In this document: piece after piece, positions 61,506 through 64,000 of the stretch
How the letters are laid out: every line of letters begins with the position of its first letter
Position numbering within the stretch: the first letter of the stretch is position 1
Assembly: GCF_008831285.2 (NCBI RefSeq)
Contig: NC_045138.2
Location: forward strand, 11,470,001 to 11,534,000
Direction: 5' to 3'
Source: Nymphaea colorata
Taxonomy: Eukaryota
Length of the DNA: 64,000 nt
Notes under the pieces: model-generated
Told to the model about the DNA's origin: nothing
The model's database searches: none
Seen by the model: only the letters and a program-made list of their open reading frames with translations
Position numbers and translations under genes: made by a program

Positions 61506-63440
61506 GGTTCAATTAGAATATAAAAAATACTTATGACAAATTTTATTATTAAAAACTTGACAAAAAAAATATGTTTGACTATACCATAAAATATACAAAT
61601 CACATAGAGAGCCAAAAGCTCCACAAAGACTGTCACAAGTATAGTGACAGGCATAGATCAACATCGAGATCATGAGCCAATCGTAGTTTCAGATACACAT
61701 CAAACCATGACAACAAAATGTTGTCACAATCTCGAATTTCCACTTTTCTGCCTTGTTTTCTTGACAAGCTATTTGTAGGAGGCAATATACTCAAAAACAA
61801 AGTTTGAGCCTCCTTTATTTCTAATTCTCTGCCAAGGAACGTCCTACAATATTCCAAAAAGAAAGCAAGGTAAGGATACACCAAATAACCATATTATCAT
61901 AACATCAATAGTAACATTTAGTTGTTAAACAGTAATTTTAGGGGCCAACTAAGTTTGAAGTTTCTCCTTGAAATTCCAACCTTATGAATGAATGTGATAA
62001 GTATTTGTTCCCATAGGTATCATAAGAAAAAAGTTTTAAGAAGCCATGTTAAATGTTTCTCCTTAGTAGGGCTTATAGAGGCAACTTGACCTCAGCCCAT
62101 TGGAAGTATCCACAAGTTTTGCCATACTCTACTGGGAATTTGTACATCGAGAGGTGTGATGTACATTTCGAGGAGCAAAGTTGAGACTACAATTCCACCT
62201 TGTTTGATAAACAATTCTAAGAAGACTTGAAGCCCGAGGGGGTATTTGATGAACCATTGAAACTGCAACACAAACAAATCAAGTAATTACCAAACTGGAA
62301 CTACAAAAATCCACTATTGACAGTTGTAAACACATTAACAGCTCTAACATACAGTTAATAGCATAATGGACAAGTCAAATTAGAACCGAACCATCATTCA
62401 CATAAATTGTACTGTAAGATGAGGCAACAGACATATCTCATTCACAGTTACATGAATCATGTACATGCAAACATCAAGAAGCTGGCCACCTAATGGCAGT
62501 TCTTGGTAGCACTAACAATAAATAACACCATTAGGCTGCAACACACAATTCAAATAAAACGTCGCAGAAGAGTAAAAAATGCCTTTACCGGATCATTAGC
62601 TCTACTTACTGTATGAAATATTAGTGTAGAACAAAACCAAAAAAGGGTAAGAGGAGGATATATATATATACGTGTTCAATTGTCATGCGTCATTAACATC
62701 ACAAAGCACATGACTCCAACTGCCCAACATCTTTGACTATTTTCAAAAACTGAGCCCCTATACTAGAAGAAAAGATTAGAGCGTGGAGAAAGTTCAATTG
62801 ACTATTGAAATGGATCAACACCGAGTGGCACACATCATGAACAAAAATCATTTCCCCCAAAACAAAGTGGTAAGAGCTTCATCACTCTGAAATAACCTTC
62901 AAGCATCAGCAAACTCAAAAAGTTGAACAAAAATTAGATGGAATATTGTCCATACCACCAAAACAACGACTAAAGACATGAGAAACATAGTGGGTACATG
63001 AATATATCTTGTAAAAAACAACTCACTACAACAAAACCCATGTTCATCGACATCACTGTGGTTGTGGCATGTGTGAAAAATAACGTTGCCAAAGCAAGCT
63101 CCGATGGTAAGACTCACCAGCATGCACGTAAAGGGGTTGGCATGAGCTGTTTCACAATCAACAACACATCCCCAATTTTTGGTAGTGGTAATGGGCATCG
63201 ATGCTTATCATGGAGGTATATAATGATTCGATTTTGCATTGCTAGTGTCAAATACCTATTTCCAACTGTTGGCCCTATTGAAAAATCATCGATGGTTTAG
63301 GCATGTGTTGATGGTGGAGAAAAGTGTGGAGGGTCAGATTTCATCTGATGAAAATGGTGACTACCATATCCCACCTCTCAACTTAGTATATAGGTAGGGC
63401 AGCTAGATCAACTATTTCTTCTCTCTCCCTCTCCCTCTCC

Positions 63441-63487
<47 letters not shown>

Positions 63488-64000
63488 TTCTTCTCCCTAT
63501 GAGTAACACAGAGACAAGACTGTGTGTGTGACATAGATTTGCATCTACATCACATTTTCTCCTTGTTGTTTTGTGGTGCACTTGTCTAGTTTGTTCATCC
63601 AATCCAAGGAAAGGTAAGCCCCTTATATTATTATTCTTCTTATTCTTGTGTGTAAAAAAGTGTTCTCGTTCCTTGATTTACAACTAAAAGATGTTCTCCT
63701 ATTGAAGGTAGAAGCACATTGTGATGTTCTTTATGCATTTATTGACATGTTTGAGTTTTTTTTCTGAGTGATATTCTTTTGCACTATGCAGATTAACATT
63801 AATTCAAACACAAGGATTTTTTTCATTATTCACTACTTGAATGAATGGCTTGTACATGGGTACATTTTTGCTGAAGTTTGGGATTATACTAGAAGAGAAT
63901 GAGCTTTCTGCACTTCTACTGGGAAGCTCTAAAGTTGCAAGAGGAGACAAGGTTTACTCAATTTTACATAGACTGAGAAGTACAATGAGGGTGTTTTCTA

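Noticed and set aside
61031..61523. ORFs with long YIYIYI runs (also near 30173, 31997 and 48734)
   Set aside because: They are translations of (TA)n/(CA)n microsatellites.
58680..62280. Possible exons of a - strand gene (about 58720-58832 and 62090-62262, with AG/GT-like borders)
   Set aside because: No recognisable protein and stops in the plausible frames. A pseudogene or lncRNA cannot be supported without transcript data or a homology search.
62899..63300. ORFs of about 100 aa near the window end, and the 136-aa ORF at 8135-8545
   Set aside because: No recognisable domain or supporting gene structure.

Overview
Plant (angiosperm-type) nuclear DNA; the species cannot be determined from the sequence. 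The window holds one complete protein-coding gene: a 14-exon, plastid-targeted TypA/BipA (SVR3-like) translational GTPase on the + strand (12074-55220, 677 aa when I splice it by hand). Its introns are greatly expanded by Ty1/copia LTR retrotransposons. One copia lies upstream (500-5982) and one lies sense in intron 8 (23635-28742). The ~23.6 kb last intron holds an antisense sister of the intron-8 element (32387-37531) and a three-level nest (37561-52729). Most notable observations: (1) a 60-bp tandem duplication of the last splice acceptor, whose only mismatch removes an in-frame stop; (2) a TSD-flanked copia derivative with inverted rather than direct LTR ends (48757-50337); (3) two inverted sister elements bracketing exons 9-13 that share a 269-bp near-identical tract; (4) a GC-AG intron; (5) an EVD-type protease intron conserved across three copia families. 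All coordinates and comparisons were made by eye.
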